Below are positions 16,343 to 30,423 of a stretch of DNA of 64,000 bases, piece by piece. Source of the stretch: Octopus vulgaris. Lineage: Eukaryota. Below the pieces are notes generated by a model that had not been told where the DNA came from, ran no database searches, and saw nothing but the letters and a program-made list of their open reading frames with translations. The stretch lies in contig OX597818.1 in NCBI GenBank assembly GCA_951406725.2, positions 103,044,001-103,108,000 on the forward strand. Reading direction: 5' to 3'. The translations under genes and the position numbers were made by a program. Within the stretch, counting starts at the first letter, position 1; the number at the start of each line of letters is the position of its first letter.

Positions 16343-16971
16343 TCATCACCATCATCATCGTCATCATCATCATCATCATCATCATCATCGAAGTCATTGG
16401 TGTCGTGGTTGTGGCGGTGGTCATTATCATCGTCATCATTTTTACACCTCCCCCTTTCTACTTCTCCATCTCGACATCATCATCATCATCAGCAGCAGCA
16501 GCATCATTATCGGCGTCATCATCATTATCGTTGACGTCGCCGTCGTCATCGTCGTCGTCGTCGTCGTCATCATCATCATCATTATCACCATGAACATTGA
16601 AATGATAATTACATTTCTAATGAAAATGCGTTCGACTACGGCGATAATGACTGGTATTACAAGTACTACGACAATTCATAATGACGAATAAAGTAAATCA
16701 ATCAAATATGATGACGATGATGATGATGATGATGATGATCACGACGACAACGATGACGACTACGACGATGATGGTGATTTTGACGACGACGACGACGACG
16801 ACGATGATGGACGATGATGACGATGACAAAGAAGAGCAGAAGGAAAGGATGCTGAAGTTGCTGATGATAATCGTCGTCATTATCTCTCTCTTATTTTCGG
16901 CCACCCCTCCCCCAGTCTCAATGATACGCATTGACACATGCAAACACGCACTCACACAAACCCCATTCCAT

Positions 16972-17003
<32 letters not shown>

Positions 17004-17765
17004 AAACTACTACTACTACTAAAACTACTACTACTACTAAAACTACTACCACTACTGCTGCTGCTGCTGTTGCTACTACTACCACTACTACTACTGCCAT
17101 CACTACTACTACTAATGCTGCTGTTTCTAGTACTACTACTTTCCTTCTCCTTCTCCTCCTCTTACTACTACCATCACTACTACTACTACCATCACTACTA
17201 CTACTACTACCATCAATACTACTACTACTACTACTACTACTACTCTCCGTCCTCTTCTTTCTCACCCTCCTCCATCTCATCATCATCATCCTGATTCTTA
17301 TCGTCATTGCTATCGTTGTTTTTGTCATCGTCATAGTAACCCTAGTATTAGTTTAGCTTATTTAATTTGAAACCCTAACCCCTTGCTGTTTCCCTTATAC
17401 TATCAATCCTTTGAACCATCAATCCTACTTTAATTTAATTGATGAAGTTTTCTTTTTGTTTTTGTTCCTTTGGGCCATAAGCACATCCCTGGATTCCAGA
17501 AAATTAAGCATATAAGAGCAACATATCTCTCACTTTCTTCCCCTTTCTCCTCTTCCTCTCCTCTCCTTCTCCTCCTCCTCATTATCATCATCATTGCCGT
17601 CATAGCTGTCGTCCTCGTCACCGTCATCGTTTTAACAACCCCACCACAAAAAGCCTCACCACCACCACTAACATCACCCTCGCCACCACCACCACTGCCG
17701 TCACCATTATCATGAACAGCAGCAGCATCCACCACTACCACCACCTCCACCACCACCACCATCTC
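16080..17765. repeat. Large mixed trinucleotide low-complexity region (ACC, ATC, GAC, GAT, TAC)
   Basis: Directly visible; it generates the spurious poly-amino-acid ORFs. Confidence 0.9.
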
Positions 17766-17787
17766 ATCTATCTTTCGCTCACGTTTT

Positions 17788-18563
17788 CTTAAACAACCCT
17801 TATTCGAGGACCTTTTCAGTGCGATGAGTGAATCCAGCTGAAAATATTGTAACTGAGCCCCGCCTGCTAGGTCATGTGCTGTTTAATTTAATATGAAGTC
17901 ACCATATTGCGCACATACGGTTGTGATGCGTGTTCCTGATATATCATTTTCAAAAGTGTAGTCATGATAGATATATTAGGCTTCGAATATTTGTATCCCG
18001 GCGTCAATGCCCTAATGCAGTCCCAGACACTGGTTCTTATGGCTTTTCATCTTAACTGATTGGAAGTGTTATCATGTACATTGTTTTGTCTAGGTATAAA
18101 AGATGGGCTACAGCAAATATTCTGCTCACTATCACAGATTTGCTTGACAGCTGTTTGATCTTAACCAGTTGAGCATGCCTCTTAGTGGCTGACGATGTGT
18201 GCATCTCTGATCACGTGCAGAAATACTGAGGGCGCATCATAGCCATGTGTTGAGAGGAATCCTTTGGCGTTTGGATAACATGGAAACATGGGTGTTTCGT
18301 TCAACAACCTTAAATAACCCTTATTCAGGGACCTTTTGGGCGGGGTGGGCCACTCGACACGAAGAAAACTCTAACTGGGTCTAAATGTGATGCGCTGTTT
18401 ATCTTGATATAAGATCACTATGTCGTGCACATATGGTTGTGATGCACGAACCTGGTGTACCCTTATCAGACGGGTAGTCATGATGGGTATACTAGGCTTC
18501 GTATATTTTACCTCAGCGTCACTTTGATGGTATCCTCTGCTCTCTCATTCAATAATAATAATA
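17788..18563 (+). mobile_element. Two tandem, diverged copies of a non-coding retroelement 3' region ending in (AAT)n
   Basis: 17788-18005 aligns with 18309-18520 (CTTAAACAACCCTTATTC...GGCTTCG); the element ends CAATAATAATAATAAA. Confidence 0.6.
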
Positions 18564-18720
18564 AAACTTACAAACAACTCCGAGCGAACATGTTCTTGAA
18601 ACAATAAAGTAACTATTACCTGGCGGTAGCAAGACCGTCTGTCGATGGACGGAACTCTGTATGTACTTATAACGTTAAGTGTTTCTATCAAATAAAGTAA
18701 CGTCTGTAAATTTTGTCATA

Positions 18721-18769
<49 letters not shown>

Positions 18770-18824
18770 GCATACACACACACACAAACATATTTTGTAG
18801 ACATACACTCATATAATCATACAA

Positions 18825-18891
<67 letters not shown>

Positions 18892-19253
18892 CACGTATAT
18901 ACGTATATATGTACACGTGAATGTATATGAGTTTGTTTTAATCGAGAGGGATTAGTTTTTCTTTGGGGCTGGTCAGATTTGAGCAATCTCGAGTATAACC
19001 AACTGAAATTGCAACGATAATCTGGAACTCGACTGAGGATAGAAAACTTCGAATAACCAGTCCTTGGTTTTTATTTTTGTATCGTCTGCCTGGATGTTTT
19101 GTTGTCCCTTTTTTGTATCACCCAACTGTCCTGATGCTTTGCGTTCTTGTCCCATTTTTGTATCTTCTATATATATATATAGGGAGAGTTTACGAGAAAA
19201 ACAAAAGACGAATTCAGGTGGTGTAAAAAACAAACAGATGTATTAGTATAACG

Positions 19254-19290
19254 CTTTTACGTTTCGAGCCTACGCTCTTCTACAGAAAGG
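19254..19290 (-). ncRNA. Minimal type I hammerhead-like motif (CUGUAGA core variant), PLE-derived repeat
   Basis: Reverse complement: cuuu CUGUAGA A GAGC-GUAG-GCUC GAA ACGU A aaag. Stems I and II pair and ACGU is palindromic. Confidence 0.55.
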
Positions 19291-20152
19291 AACACAGAAT
19301 AAACAAGGAGAAAAACAAGGAGAGAAAAAATGTGTGTAGTGGCTATACACTATAAATATATATATAGTGTAAGAAAGAATTTGAACTAGTTTTCCTTTTC
19401 GTTCACATTTCCTTCAACGCTTGAATAACAAACATTCGAAAGCAACAAATGGTAAGTAGAATTATTTCCAAAGACAATATTCGGCACGACAAACCATCTG
19501 TCACCATTCTGAAAATTTGTTTTATTTTATGTTGGCTGTGAGCAGTCAACCTTAGTTCTGGAACCATGGCTTGTTAAACAATAAACAAAGAACTGATCTT
19601 CCAAAAGATCTGATACTCTACTAAGACTTCACCTTTTGCACAGTTGACGTATTTTAAACGAATACGCCTAAGAAAGCTAAATTCTCTCGCACACATATAT
19701 ACACACATTCTCTCAGCTTTTTCCTCTCTCTCTCTCTCTTTGATTCTCTCTCTTTCTCTGTATGTGTCTATGTGCGTGTGTCAGTGTATGCGTGGACAAG
19801 TATATATGAGTTCATATAGGTGTATGTGTGTAGATTTGATATCGACGTATACATGTACCTGTGTACGCACATATACTTCTAACTTGTATCTCTCTCTCTC
19901 TCCTCCTCTCACTCTCTCTCCTCCTCTCACTCTCTCTCTACACACACACGCGCGCGGGCATGGGAACATATATTCACATACACAAGTACAAACACACACA
20001 CACACAAACACACAAACATACACAAACGCATATATTTTATATCATATACATTAGTATACGAAAACGTTCCTTTTTGTCTCATTTTTATTCTATTCCCTTT
20101 TTGCCTGTGTATATATGTGCATGCATACATACATACACAAACATGCACACAT

Positions 20153-20205
<53 letters not shown>

Positions 20206-20359
20206 TAAATACATACACACACACTCGTGTAAATATATATACGTGTGTGTGTGTAAATATATATCATATATATGTATATATATTTGAAGAATCTCAAAAG
20301 ATTCTGACATATATGCATATATATATATATATATAATATATTATATATATATATATATA

Positions 20360-20415
<56 letters not shown>

Positions 20416-20819
20416 TGTGTCTATGTGTGTGCTTATGTATATACTTATAGTTGTGCTTAATGTGTGTACGGAATAAACAAAGAGAATTAATAAGTACTTT
20501 CTAGGTATTTTATTTATCCTAGAAATATAATTAATATTCTCTCTGGGTTCGATTTTATTTTTCAGTTTCTTTCCAGAACGTAAACACACGATCAGTCACT
20601 CACACATGCATGCATACATACATACATACATACATACATACATACATACATACATACATACATACATACACTCACTCACACATACAAACACTCACATTTC
20701 TGTGTATGCCTCTGTATATGTGAATGTGAGTATGCAGGCATCTAAATATGTGTATGTGAGTGTGTGTATATATGTATGTGTATATGTATATGTATGTATA
20801 TATACATATATATATATGC

Positions 20820-20860
<41 letters not shown>

Positions 20861-20878
20861 GTATGTCTGTTTGCGTGT

Positions 20879-20910
<32 letters not shown>

Positions 20911-21022
20911 GTATACATGTATGTATATATGTATATATGTATATATGTATGTATATATGTATGCATACATGTATGTATATGTATGAATATACGTATGCAT
21001 GTATGTATATATATGTATGTAA

Positions 21023-21065
<43 letters not shown>

Positions 21066-21816
21066 CCTACATGCACGCATACACACACATATATATGCAC
21101 AACCACACACATACACATAATGTCTCCGATGCTTACAAATCGTCATAAAATATACACGTACGCACGTAGTTACCAACGCACCTCCAATCACAACAGTGTA
21201 TCAAAGACGCTAAACATAGAAACGAAATATCTCTCAAACTTTTACAACCATTTCATTTGACGTCGACATATTAGATGATGTAGCAAGTTTTGCACTAAAT
21301 CTGAAAAGGTTGGATAGTCACGCGTGGAGTGTCTTTTATATCATAGCTAGGTTGTAAGTAAAGAAAGATCTACAGACTTATCCACGCCAACGTGAGTTGT
21401 ACAATGTGCTCGCTTCCCTCATATCACAAACTGTATTTCATATATTGGTGACAGCGCATAACCTAGTGGTTAGCCTGTTCGGTTCACGATCATTATTTCG
21501 CGAGTTCAATTCCTAGCTAAGCGGTACGCTGTTTCAATAAGCAGGTTATTTCATTTCACTTTAATCCTGTCGACTCAGCTGAAAATGTGTATGATCCTAA
21601 TGCTGGTGCACTTCTTCCCCTGCTCCGACTGTCGTATTCTGGATGTTCTACTGGATCAAAGCCTTGAGGGTATCAAAGTTTATTTGCGACTACACAGGCA
21701 TTTAAAACAAGTAGCGAAAGCATGGTACATTTCACCAAGTCATATTCGCCCTCAGGTGTGGCGCTCCAGTTTTTTTACTGAATAGTGTTTATTATATATG
21801 AAAAAAAAAAAAGAAA

Positions 21817-22105
21817 GTCTAGCCAAGCTCATGGGCCCAGTTTCCCGGTTTCTATGGCGTATGTGTTCCCCGCAGCTGGACGGGACGCCAATCCATCGCA
21901 GCGTTACTCAAGAAACAGGAAGAGAGAGTGAGAGAAAGTTGTGGCGAGACAGTACAACAGGGGTCGCCACCATCCCCTGCCGGTGCCTCGTGGAGCTTTT
22001 AGGTGTTTTCGTTCAATAAGCACACACAACGCCCGGTCTGGAATCGAAACCGCGATTCTCCGACCGCGAGTCCGCTGCCCTAACCACTGGACAATTGCGC
22101 CTCCA
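21817..22105 (-). mobile_element. SINE family C head with V-domain-like tail
   Basis: tRNA-like head (GGAGGCGCAA..CAGTGGTTAG, GGTTTCGATTCC), then GCGATGGATTGGCGTCCCGTCCAG. Confidence 0.8.
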
Positions 22106-22779
22106 CAGTGTTTATTATACTGTGTAATATTTGTAGAACATGGGGAAAAAAGTGTTTTATGTCGCAAAATGGAAGAAAAAGAAAATGATAAATTGGCATG
22201 TTAACAAATAGAAGAACGTTTGAACATGGGCCTCGTCGATCAGTGCCGAGGTGGGAGTAGCCAACACCACCACCACTACTGCCACTACTGTTACTACTAC
22301 TATCAGCAATACCATCGTAACCAACGATAACAACTCTATCACCATCAATATTATAACCACCCCTTCGAATAACACGTTATAGTTACAGATACAGTTTGGG
22401 TAGTTTTTAGGTATTTCATGAGCCAAGAGTAATCAGTTAAGATCTGGCTAAGATATATATACTACAGCACTGCCAACTGAAGACAGATCGGAAAATATAT
22501 AGTCTTATCTCGGCCATTGACAGGTATAATGCATCATACTGAAGTGGAAGCTATAATTGAAACTGCTGATTAGGAAAATACTATATTTAAATATTCCCCA
22601 TAACATGATGCAATGTAATAACGAGGAGAACGAAAAAAATAAACAGTGAAGCCAAAACAGAGATTTCACGTTTTGGCTGTGACTACTAGAAAACATAGAC
22701 TAATTCTTTGATATATTTTTCCGAATATGAAGACGTCGGTACAAGAACGTTGGACTGCTTCTGATTTCAGTTTGCTTCT

Positions 22780-23220
22780 CTTTTACTCTGTTTACTTTTA
22801 CTTGTTTCAGTCATTTGACAGTGGCCATGCTGGAGCACCGCCTTTAGTCGAGCAAATCGACCCCACGACTTATTCTTTGTAAGCCTAGTACTTATTCTAT
22901 CGGACTCTTTTGCCGAACCGCTAAGTTACGGGGACGTAAGCACACCAGCATCGGTTATCAAGCAACTTTGGGGAGGACAAACACACACACAAACATACAC
23001 ACACACATACATAAATACATATACATTCATATATACGACGGGCTTCTTTCAGTTTCCGTCTACCAAATCCACTCACAAGGCTTTGGCTGGCCCGAGGCTA
23101 TAGTTGAAGACACTTGCCCAAGGTGCCGAGGCTATAGTTGAAGACACTTGCCCATAGTTCCAACCCGGAACTATGTGGTTCGTAAGCAAGCTACTTACCA
23201 CACAGCCACTCCTACGCCTA
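22780..23220 (-). mobile_element. SINE family B, full length, with small internal duplication
   Basis: Matches 2180-2575; CCGAGGCTATAGTTGAAGACACTTGCCCA is duplicated. Confidence 0.9.
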
Positions 23221-23787
23221 TAGCTAATTTTTAAAATAATTTTGTATAGATCGTAGACATATGCATAGCCAAATACATGGAGTTAATGATCTACCTAATT
23301 TTGTTTTTCAGACGCGGTCTATGTAGAAGCATACTATTGAATGTTCATGTACAAAAGATTGTGATTTAAGTGAGATAGGCTGCTATTTTTAGGAGAACCA
23401 ATGGTATCACGTTATAGATGCTCCCTTCTTAATCCGCGTCAAATTAAGCTGATATGGGAATTAACAACTATATCAACCAAAATTCATACATTTAAACATT
23501 CACATTCTCATCCAGTTTGGCAGTTGTATTCTTCCATCACCCATATTTCTTTCTGAGAATGAAATCTATTGATCCAGTCTCTGTTTATAAGAATCTGAGA
23601 GGTGAGAAGGACGTGTCCTTTCAGGAGCTGACGGCTAAGTAAAGTTCTATGAAAGACAGGAAGTAGCTCACACAGTAACACTTTCTTCTTTCCCCTGTGA
23701 GATGTTTTGCAAGGAAAGGTAAAATACCATTACATCATGACCACAGTGAGATCTGAAATTAGAATATAAATATAAATCAGAATATAA

Positions 23788-23992
23788 AGGCGGCGAGCTG
23801 GCAGAAGCGTTAGCACGCCTGGCGAAATGCTTAGCGGTATTTCGTCTGCCGAGGTTGACTTTGCCTTTCATCATTTCGGGGTCGATAAATTAAATACCAG
23901 TTACGCACTGGGGTCGATATAATCGACTTAATCCGTTTGTCTGTCCTTGTTTGTCCCCTCTGTGTTTAGCCCCTTGTAGGTAGTAAAGAAAC
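23788..23992 (+). mobile_element. SINE family A (internally deleted)
   Basis: Head and tail match family A; the B-box segment is missing. Confidence 0.85.
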
Positions 23993-24764
23993 ATAGAAAG
24001 GTAGGTAACTAAATACCATGAAGCATTTAGTTTGATGTTCTAACAGTTCTTTTATTTTTTACTTGCTTCATTCGTTGGATGGTGGTCATGCAGGGGCAGC
24101 ACCTCAAAGGGATTTAGTCAAACAAAGCGACCCCCGAGAAATTAGGTGGGACGGAATAAACAATTATATTGAACTCAGCATTTGACTGCCATTTCTAGTT
24201 TTTGTTTTATTAATCTTGGAAGGATGAAAGGTAAAGCTGATCACAGCAGGGTTTGAACTCAAAATGCAAAAAGCACTAAAAATTTATCAGAATTGATTTT
24301 GATGTTGCCCTAAGGATTCTACTAATCGGTCACCAAATCGTGCATTTATCGTTTTTGGAGAAATGGAAGGACATAGTGGATAATGTAGTTCTGGGGGTCA
24401 AAAACGAAGTCGACGACCATTAGTTATGCCAGCTCTTGATTTGAAGCCGCTGAAACAGACCATAGCACCTGATTGATTCTGGTACATTTCGTTGGCCCTG
24501 AAAGGATAGCAGGAAAATTGATCTCGACTTCGTTGACGTATAATTGTAGTCAGGATTTTTGTTGGAAATAAAGAGAGTGAAAAGAAAACAATACCGAATG
24601 CTTCAAGTAGGAGATGCATTAAATTATTTAATAATTCCTGTAAGTCTACATCAATTCTTGAAGAATTATTACCCCACTCGAACGCAAACAAGCACATACG
24701 TATAACTGGCATATATCTGGAACAGTTCTACGCAAACAAGCACATACATATAACTGACACATAC

Positions 24765-25103
24765 CTGGAGCTCCGTCAGTTACGACGACGTGGGTCCCAG
24801 ATGATCCAGTCCATGGAACAGCCTGCTTGTGAAAGAAACGTGTAAGTGACTGACCACTCCACAGACACGTGATATACTCAGCCAATTTGCACGCCAATTT
24901 CACGAGAGACAAAAACAAAATGCGACAAGATTAGCTCTTTGATATACACGTGCTACTCATTATTTCATTATTGCCAGCTGAGTGAACTAAAGCAGTGGGA
25001 AATAAAGTATTTTGCTCAAGGAAACACGGCGCCGCCAGGAATCAGACTCATGAACTTTCGATTATGAGCCGAATACCCTAACCACAGATCCAGTCGCCTT
25101 CAC
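24765..25103 (-). mobile_element. Diverged SINE with CORE-like head and family C-type tail
   Basis: Tail CTCCGTCAGTTACGACGACG is shared with the copy at 45172; the head is tRNA-like with CCTTGAGCAAAATACTT. Confidence 0.65.
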
Positions 25104-25477
25104 ATACACACTTACATATAAATACACACACACACAAACTCACACACGTACGTACGAATGTATGCATGTGTGCGTGTATGTATTCATGCATGTATGAATG
25201 CATGTACGTATATATGTGTGTATGTATGTATGTATGTATGTATGTATGTATGTATGTATGTATGTATGTATGTGTGTATGTATGTATGTATGTATGTATG
25301 TATGTATGTATGTATGTATGTGTGTGTGTATGTAAAAGAGTTCATTCACTTTCAACTTCTAATCCAATTCGAATTTCTGCTCCCATGGCATCAAAAGTGA
25401 AATTGACTTATTGAAACTCGGAATCGATTTCATCTGACAAACTCGAATCTCTATGAGTTTGTTTTTACTGTACACAG

Positions 25478-25542
<65 letters not shown>

Positions 25543-26139
25543 AGTTGTCTTGGGCTGCACATAAGGCAATCTTGTATGTTAACGTCGAATATAACTGAAT
25601 TGATTTTAGAGGCACGTTTTATACATATACATTACTGAGAAACATAGATGAAAAAGTTTACTGCGCCGAGGTTTGAACTCGGTATCGATCGGGCTGTAAT
25701 TAATTATAATGAGGCTTTTGCTCTGGCATTCCTTTGTTTCATTCAACTCCAGAAACGTCTGAAGTGTAATGTTATTGAACATAAAACGGCCTCGAAGCAA
25801 TGAGATTGTTGAATGTAATCAAATGAATTTGTACTCGGTCCGACCTTCTTAATGAAACCATTGCAATATTCGAAACATAATAGAAATTATCTAATACAAT
25901 GATAGAACATGTGTTACTGCTATTAATGGAAATTTTCATAAATTGCATGTACAATAGATATTAAAGTCTTCTTATGTGGAATCTTAATCCATTTTAGAAA
26001 GAAATGCAGGGAAATTTGGCTAACCTCAATTGCAACTTATTTAATTTAATTTATTAATCTGATTTCTCTCGATCGAGCTAGCAATATTGCCTAGGCCTAC
26101 TCAACCTTACTGCATAGTTTCAAGGTTTGATTCTTGTGA

Positions 26140-26179
<40 letters not shown>

Positions 26180-28944
26180 GACTATACTTTGAACAGCTAT
26201 ACAATTCCCAGGTAGGATATTGCATTGCGAAATAATCACATGATTTCTTAGTTATATAAATATTCTATTTTTTTCCTATGTAGTTGGATTAAATTGCAGA
26301 AACTAGCATTTAATGTTCATTATAAACCATTTTCCTGAAATCTAAAATTCTCCTGATGCTTAATATAAAGAAGTGTTCTGTTTCTGTTTGCAAAATTTCT
26401 ATTTATATACATAAAATTAAGTTGTAAATGAATTAATCATAGAGATGTCGGTGGTATAACGATCTTTAATCCTCGTTTCCGAGATATTACATAAATAGAG
26501 AAAACTAGTGTTGTGGTAAATACGTAGAGAAGCTTTAGTCTTAGGTACTGTACCATTTTTATATAAGAGTGACAACTATGTCCATAATTTTCGCAGGTTT
26601 CTTGTATTCATGCACGACCTGAACATCTAAACTAATGTCTCCAGAAAAAAAGTGCGATTGGAGAGTAGTATCGATGCCAGCGAGAGAAGGAATTTTGTAA
26701 AAGGCAAACAGGAAACGGGTGGTGGCGTTATGCACCAAGCCGCCCGCTCAGTTTGTATTTCTGATATCGACAGAAACATATGTAGCTACTAAAGGAAAAA
26801 AGCCACTTACTGTAATGTGTTTTCTTTTTGCATGACACTATTGCTCAAGGTTCCCATGGTCTTACCCGTAGGCTTTCCCTTTTTACATTGACATTTCTTT
26901 GATACACGATCCCTATTGATCAGCCCCAATTTTTTTTTCACGATCCCTTTTGATCGAAATTCGCCCCCACTTTTTTTCTCCTCTTCTTCCCTAAAAAAAA
27001 ATTCTACTATGTATTTTGTCCCTTCTGTGTTCAGCCCTGCGTGGTCAATAAAGAAATCTATCACAACGAATTCATAACATAATGCTGATCACTGGTAAAT
27101 AAGTGTTGATGAAAAAGGGAAAAGGGGGAAACAAAGAAAAAAAAAAGAAGAGAGGATGAAGATAAAAAGGAGAGGAAGAAAACTGAGCACGAGAAATAAG
27201 TAAATAAATAAATAAATACCTGAAGAGAAGATTGCATTGTTTTATACCATTTATTCTTTTGAATAATATCAGTGAAATCTTCAAAACATGTGTCGGAAGT
27301 AAAATTATTTGATTTATACCTGCGTTAAACTCCATTTATTTATTTATTTATTTATTTACATATAAATAAATAAATATACACTGTTTCAGTTTTGGATAAT
27401 GTAAGTAAACGGATGGCTGGTTCAGATTTTGTTTGAGTCACAGTAATATATCATGATGTATCTTGATGTCTCACATTTACGACCAGTAACTCTTCACTGA
27501 AAGATGGGGTGAGTAGAAATGCACGTAGTTGTAAGATTCAGTAGCAGTAATTGTTAAAATCATGAATGAATTGCAGATTCAGAGAGATGAAACACAATGC
27601 ATACATAAAGAATTTTTACCTATGGCACACTGCTGTCATCTCTATGGTCTTTCATAGAATGTAGGTTGAGGAAGCATACGTCCGCACTCATCCAATAAAG
27701 TGTTAAATAAATTAATTATCTTAAATTATTCGCCTCATCAATAGAAGTGTAAATATTGATGGGATCGACACCACTAATACTTGATTAGTGCATATGTTAT
27801 CAAACCACGAAAGAAGAAATTACCAATGTAATCCCATGAGATTTGAACTTGGTTCTAAACAAACGAAAATAATGACCGATATTGATAAGTAACATCTTTA
27901 ATGAGGAGTTCTAGCAATGACCAAAACTTTAAGGTACAGAGTCAATCAAATAAACCAGTTTGAGTACTTGATTGATAGCTTATTCTGTCGATCCGAAAGA
28001 ATTGAGGAGAGAATTGATTTCTGCAGGGTTTCAAATAAATTCTTAAAGAGCTCTAGCTAAATATCGGTTCAAATGTTAGCGCAAGGGCAGCGATTTTGGA
28101 AGAGGGTCTAAGCCGATTAAATCGAGCTTGCGTTCCACTGGTACCTATTTTGTCAACCCAGACAAGATGAAAGACGAAGTCGACTCCAGCAGCATTTGAA
28201 CCCAGCATGGAAATACAGGCAGGTGCCGCTAACCATTTTATCCGGCAGGCTAACGATTCTGCCACCTTGCCACTTTAGCTGTTGTTAATTATCAAGGCAC
28301 AACCAATGATTCTGCTCTCGACCATCTTAAAAGCCTTTAACTAATAATGATTTTCAACGCATGTATAATCCCACGTATCGTTAGCACACGCGTTATCTTC
28401 TATGGAAAGCTGAATGGAGGCAATTGTCTATCTCTAATCATTTCTTATCACCGCAAACCAGTCTTATGACACTGCTACTCACGACTGTCGTTAGTGATGT
28501 AATGTATGATGGGATTTCTTGATTTTTTGGATCGAACTTGTGTAAAACGTATTCACTTAAGTGTTTATATCATAAAATTTAAAGGTGGTGAGCTGGTAAA
28601 ATCGTTAGCACGCCGGATAAAGCGCTTAGTGAAGTTTCTTCCGGCTTTATGCCCTGTGTCCAAATTACTTTGAGGCGTATATTACTTCTGCTCTTTCGGT
28701 ATCGATAATATGAGTCCCAGTTCAGCCCGGGGTCGTTGTAATCGACTAGCTATCTTCCCTTAAAAATATTCGAAAGGATATTGAAAAATTCAAATAGCAA
28801 TGTTCTACAGTCATAGTAGCAAACTTAGCTGGGGTTGCTCAGTGATAAAGGAATGGATGAAGATGTAAAAAATACCATTGTGTCCAGCAAATTAAAGATG
28901 AGAACAGTGAAAAAAGACTCTCACCTTAGTGGGTCTATCAAGCA

Positions 28945-29480
28945 GTAATAAAAAAGTTCTGTCAGTTTTTTTTTAAGACTGAAAAAAAAAAACTCACAAT
29001 ATCTGATTTATTTAATCATCAATATAGTCACCACTCATCTCTATGACGTCTTTCCATCTACCAATGAACGTTTTAATGACACATTCCAAAAAACCATTAG
29101 ATTTAGAAGTGAAAAAGAAAATTAACTCATTTTCGACTTTTGCTTTTGAAGTAAGTCTTAATCCACTGTAATTATTAAGCAAACTTCTAAAGAGATGGTT
29201 ATCTGCAGGTGTGAGGTCTGCAGAATATGGTGGCTTAAGCATTTTTCCCAGGTATATCTTCTAGATCTTTGGTCTTCTGTACAGTGTGAGGTCTAGCATT
29301 ATAATGATGAAGAATGACGCGTTTTCTGCTTGTTAATAATGGATAATTTTGCTGCAAATCTTCATTCACTTGTGTTAGCATTTGGCAGTATACAACGGTT
29401 GTTATTGTTTGATTATCGTCTAGTAGTTCGTGGGGAAGTATTCCACGCACACCGCAACACACACTCAGTTTGATAATTTT
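28945..29480 (-). mobile_element. mariner transposase pseudogene, C-terminal part
   Basis: GILPHELL, KRVILHHYNARPH, PPYSADLTPADNHLFRSL, RWKDVIEMSGDYIDD; frameshifted. Confidence 0.9.
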
Positions 29481-30300
29481 TACCCAGTTAGAAAACAAAA
29501 TTTCGAAGCCGTCATTTTGTGCGTGACTGCATTGTGACGATAGCAGGTATTTTAATATAAAACTGTAAACAAATGAAATATTGGCGGAATTCTTTTTTAA
29601 GCATGCCATATTAGCCCCTTGTAATTATTATGTTTTTGAATTTTCAGATAATCTTTACAAATTTCTATTCTACACACGGGAATTGATACTATTATGCAAA
29701 AAAACAAAGAAAGAAAAAATAATTTGGAGCGTGATTTAAGGCCTATTTAGTTGTTATTTTCAGCAAATCTCACGACCACCTCATACCTCATGTGATTTCA
29801 ATATCAAATAAGCAACAAAAGGAACACGTGGTAAGCAGCTTGGTAACAGCTTCGCTTGTTACTACGGGAAACAGGCAATATATGTGCCTGGCTTCCAATT
29901 GGCTAAAATTACTTAAAATTTGCAAACTTTAAAACCTATTAACTCTTTAGTTTTCATTTATGGAGAAAATGGATTCCATGTCAATAGTTATCATGCAAAA
30001 CTACATCAGTACAGCAAATACAAAATCAATTGGAACAAAATTTTTAAAATGAAAAGTGGCAGCAAAACAGAAAAGATCTTCTGTGTGTGTGTGTATGTGT
30101 GTGTGTGAATATGTATGTTTATATATGTGTGTGAGTATGAATCGAAATATACATACATACATACATAAGGAAGAGTTGAGTACTGGGGTCGATGTAATCT
30201 ACTTATCCCACCCCCTCACCGAACTAGTTAGCCTTTTGTCAAAAATTGAAACCGAGAATACTTATCAATCTCTTTGTCCGCGTATCTATGCATCTATCTG

Positions 30301-30333
<33 letters not shown>

Positions 30334-30383
30334 ACATACATATATATATATGTATGTATGTATGTATCTATATATCTATTTAT

Positions 30384-30423
<40 letters not shown>

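Noticed and set aside
19031-19066. Hammerhead-like CTGAGGA..GAA..GTC on the plus strand
   Set aside because: GAAT instead of GAAA and no convincing stems I or III; at most a decayed motif.
26807-27064. 85-aa Lys-rich minus-strand ORF ending at a GTAAGT donor
   Set aside because: Built largely on T/A homopolymer runs, with no domain or clear acceptor.
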